This document shows, piece by piece, positions 60,864 to 64,000 of a stretch of 64,000 nucleotides of DNA (positions within the stretch are counted from its first letter, which is position 1; every line of letters begins with the position of its first letter). The stretch comes from an uncultured Chloroflexia bacterium (GTDB taxonomy: Bacteria; Chloroflexota; UBA6077; JACCZL01), in the NCBI GenBank assembly GCA_963765765.1, contig CAVXYC010000019.1, positions 160,001 through 224,000 on the forward strand, written 5' to 3'. Position numbers and translations under genes: made by a program. The notes beneath the pieces were generated by a model, which searched no databases, was not told the origin of the DNA, and worked only from the letters and a program-made list of their open reading frames with translations.

Positions 60864-61157
60864 GGGCAGCGCCCTCTCATTGATCGGGGGAACTGTGCGA
60901 ATTCAGCCCCCGTAGTGCGCCGCGGATCGCTCAATGTGCGTCAGGATGCCGGGGGAGTCGCGCTAGCTCCAGTCTACGCGGCGCGTGGAATGACGTGAAG
61001 CCCCGTGTGGGTGAGCGCCAAGGGGCCGACTGCCTTCCGCTCTGACCCAGACGGAAATCATTGAAGCATCGATCAGGCAATTACGATTCCTTGCAGGCAC
61101 GAAGGCGCTACTATGCTCACTGAGTCCCCCGAAACAATTATTCGCAGGTGGCCAGAA

Positions 61158-61575
61158 ATGTCCGATCAGCCCTCCGTACGATATTCAACCCAGTGCCCCC
61201 AACATCATCATCCGCATCCTATGGTTCGTTCTCATTGGATGGTGGCTCGGGGCCATCGTCTCGGCGATCGCCTGGTTCCTGAACATCACGATCATCGGGC
61301 TCCCGCCGGGCCTCTATCTGATAAACCGACTCCCCACCATCATCACACTCCGCCCGCAAGAGCAGAACATCCGAGTGGAGCACGGTGTGGTCAAGCACGG
61401 CCAGGACCAGCAACCGTTCATGTTGCGCGCGCTCTACTTTGCGCTCGTCGGCTGGTGGCTCTCCGGCCTCTGGCTGGTCGCCGCCTACGCCGCCCTGATG
61501 ACCGTCATTTTGATCCCCGCCAGCTTCTGGATGTACAACCGCATCGGCGCGGTGACGACGCTCTATCGGTCGTAG
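61158..61575 (+). CDS. yccF: YccF domain inner membrane protein (copy 2); N-terminal frameshift
   Basis: IQPSAPNIIIRILWFVLIGWWLG..LINRLPT..TLRPQEQ..SFWMYNRIGAVTTLYRS, collinear with copy 1. Confidence 0.83.
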
Positions 61576-61624
61576 CCTGACTATGGTGAGACCTGCCGCT
61601 CACCATCTGGAACGGCAACGAAGG

Positions 61625-62810
61625 TCAGCTCACGTGAGCCGCTTGACCCTGGAGGAACTTCCAGCATCAGGCGGCTGACGGCCTCGGGCTGTTCCTGCTG
61701 GACCCAGTGCCCGGCTCCTTCCAGCAGGTGGATGCCCCGCAGATCGGTGCAGATCTGTGTCGCGCATCGCCTCCAGACGCCCGGCCCGCTGGTAGACGCC
61801 CCAGTCGCTCGTACCGCTGATGAACAACGAGGGCACGTCGATGGTGCGGTCGGAGTACACCCGCAGCTCAGCCGAATAGGCGGGGTCCGTTTGCAGGCGG
61901 TACGAATTGAGACCGCCCTGGAAGCCCGTGCGCGTGTACTCATCCGAGCACACGCGCAGCTCCTCCTCCGTGAGCCACTGATTCGCCGCGATCTCCTCGG
62001 GCGTGGGCATGTCCAGGGCCACGTTCTCCGGCATCGTCTTGTCGAGGTCCATGACGTAGTAGCGCGGCATCTTGGCGAGCTCGGTTGCGCTGAACGCCGT
62101 CAGCGGGTGCGGCGCGTTTCCCTTCCAGTCGGCGCTCTTCACGTGGTAGTAGGCGCGCAGGAAATCGTGGATGCCCTGCTTCGCACCCATCCACTCGTCG
62201 TTCGCTTCGCGTCGCGCGTTGTACCAGTGGTAGTGCTTGCGCGGTTGGGGCAGCGCCGCCAGGTCGTCGTGGACGCTCGGGCCCGCCGGGGCTGGGGCTT
62301 CGGCGGCTCGTTCGCGGTGTTGAACGGGAACGCTGGCGCGCCCTCGAACGGCGCCGTCATCAGCACCATCGAGCGAAACACGTCCGGTCGGATCAGCGTG
62401 GACCAGCCCGTGACTCCCGCGCCGAAGTCATGCCCCACAATCATCGCCACGTTGCGATACCCGAGCGCGTAGACCAGCCCGAGGGTATCGCGCACGCGCT
62501 CCATGGGCCGCCACGGCCAGAGGCTATCGTCAAAGGTGACGTCGGTGCCGCCCGAGCGACCGTAGCCGCGATGATCCGGTGCCACCACGTGGTAGCCGGC
62601 CTCGGCCAGCGGCAGCATCACCTTGCGCCAGCTATACGCCAGCTCCGGATAGCCGTGCATCAGGAGCACCAGTGGCCGCCCGGGCTCCTCGAAGCCGGCC
62701 TCCAGGATGTGCATGGTGATGCCGTTGTTGTTGTCCACGAAGCGGGAGCGAATCCCGACGGGGATGGTGGTCTGGCCGTAGGCGACGTCGCGGTTGATGG
62801 TTCCTGACAT
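61625..62810 (-). CDS. Alpha/beta hydrolase (epoxide hydrolase-like); several frameshifts
   Basis: HGYPELAYSWR, APDHRGYG, nucleophile GHDFG, GFQGGLNSYR, GAGHWVQQEQPE. Confidence 0.9.
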
Positions 62811-63401
62811 GGTCCCCTCGTCGCGCGTAGAGCGTCCTGAAGATGCGCTCCCGATTATGGTGGCTACAGGTGTCTCCTGCACCGTGAGTGCGACGTACCG
62901 CCGCTCATTCGGTCCGACGATATCGAGCCGGCAACTCGTAGAGCGGGCATCCCTGCCCGCTGCGGCCGTCTCTCCCAATCTGCCCAGGCCAACGGTCTCG
63001 CGCCATCAACCAACACTGGGAGCGCCGCCGTTTCGGCGGCCCGGCCGTGGAGGCCGCGCTCTCAAAGACTCCTCATGACAGTTGCGGCTTCCGTGAAGGT
63101 GCGGCCTCGACGGCCGGGCCCGCCGGGGACAGCGGCGGTCCCAGTCTCAAGCAGGCGCACCCTCGGTCGCATTGCTATGCTCGATCATCGGTTCCTAGAG
63201 CAAATCGGATCTAGCACTCAGTCCGCCTACGTCCTTGAGCCGCGCGCCAAGATAGCCGCCACTTACGCCGGCCTCATGACCGTCGACCACATTCCAGTTG
63301 GCTTCAGTGCGATCGTCGCAAGACAAAGGCTGGCCCGTCGAATGAGTACAATCGCCACGGTCTTCTTAACTTATTGGCATTGAAACCGTCTGATTACATC
63401 C

Positions 63402-63929
63402 GTGGCTATTGAATATGCGGTTCTCCGCAAGGATAACCCTCGCTCGCCTGAGACTCTCGCCATAGTTGAACAGTTGGCGCAGCAGTTCCATGCATACTTA
63501 GCAGGTACCGAGATTCTAGCTGGAATAGCATCTGTACACAGGCTCGGCGCATCCAGTGTCGAGGTGCAGACCATCATCCAACCCGGCGCTGAAGCGCTGG
63601 GCTTTGTGTCAGAGAAGAGGGGGCTGTTTCTAGACTATCCCGTCGCTGCACTTAGACCTGACTACTTCCTGGCCGTACGGGACTCGGGAATAATCCTAGA
63701 GGTGGAGCGTGGGAAAACCACGATCAACAACATGGATATTCTCGATTTCTGGAAGTGTCATATTTGTGAGAGCGCGGACTACTTGTTTCTTCTCGTTCCC
63801 CAGCTTAGGACAACGCTGAATGGCCGAGTTGTCATGCGCCCATTCAACCACGTTTACAATCGGTTGAGCACTTTTTTCGCACCCAGGAACTACGTCAATG
63901 TTGAAGCAGTCTTCTTGTTCGGCTACTGA
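63402..63929 (+). CDS. Putative PD-(D/E)XK restriction-endonuclease-fold protein
   Basis: LRPDYF...IILEVERGK..NN..DFWK; locally lower GC. Confidence 0.6.
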   Translation: MAIEYAVLRKDNPRSPETLAIVEQLAQQFHAYLAGTEILAGIASVHRLGASSVEVQTIIQPGAEALGFVSEKRGLFLDYPVAALRPDYFLAVRDSGIILEVERGKTTINNMDILDFWKCHICESADYLFLLVPQLRTTLNGRVVMRPFNHVYNRLSTFFAPRNYVNVEAVFLFGY

Positions 63930-64000
63930 TGGGCCGAGTGACACTCGCTTTGCGAGACTGCGGGGCGCAGCTTCGCCGCCGAGCACTCTCACGCTGGTAG

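Noticed and set aside
63075-63383. 102-aa plus-strand ORF upstream of the nuclease-like gene
   Set aside because: No recognisable motif or clear RBS, and Arg/Pro/Ala-rich composition typical of spurious GC-rich ORFs.
1-64000. Prophage, IS transposase, integrase, rRNA, tRNA or CRISPR-Cas
   Set aside because: No supporting ORFs or repeat-spacer structure seen anywhere in the window.

Overview
GC-rich bacterial chromosomal segment, probably Chloroflexota (inferred from F420 genes, Ala/Pro-linker lipoprotein SBPs and many amidohydrolase/SDR/Rieske paralogs). It holds about 60 mostly accessory metabolic, transport and regulatory genes. I found no rRNA, tRNA, CRISPR array or transposase. About 20 genes are split by short indels, which suggests an unpolished long-read assembly rather than real pseudogenes. 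Several families of REP-like palindromes occupy intergenic gaps. The main candidate new system is at 58.0-60.9 kb (minus strand). It is a roughly 800-aa NLR/STAND ATPase that, if two frameshifts are repaired, runs N-terminal motif, NB-ARC-like ATPase, TPR, transmembrane helix, Pro/Thr stalk, extracellular CARDB/Ig domain. Its N-terminal motif (GDVSGQIAVGKDIFQ) recurs at the N-terminus of the small helical protein encoded directly downstream (GDISGQVAIGKGISQ), as in amyloid (BASS/RHIM-type) signalling pairs. The pair is bracketed by two yccF paralogs. The second candidate is a RibXY/NMT1-type ABC importer translationally coupled to cofD-cofC, a possible FO/deazaflavin salvage operon. All family assignments come from motif recognition by eye, not database searches.
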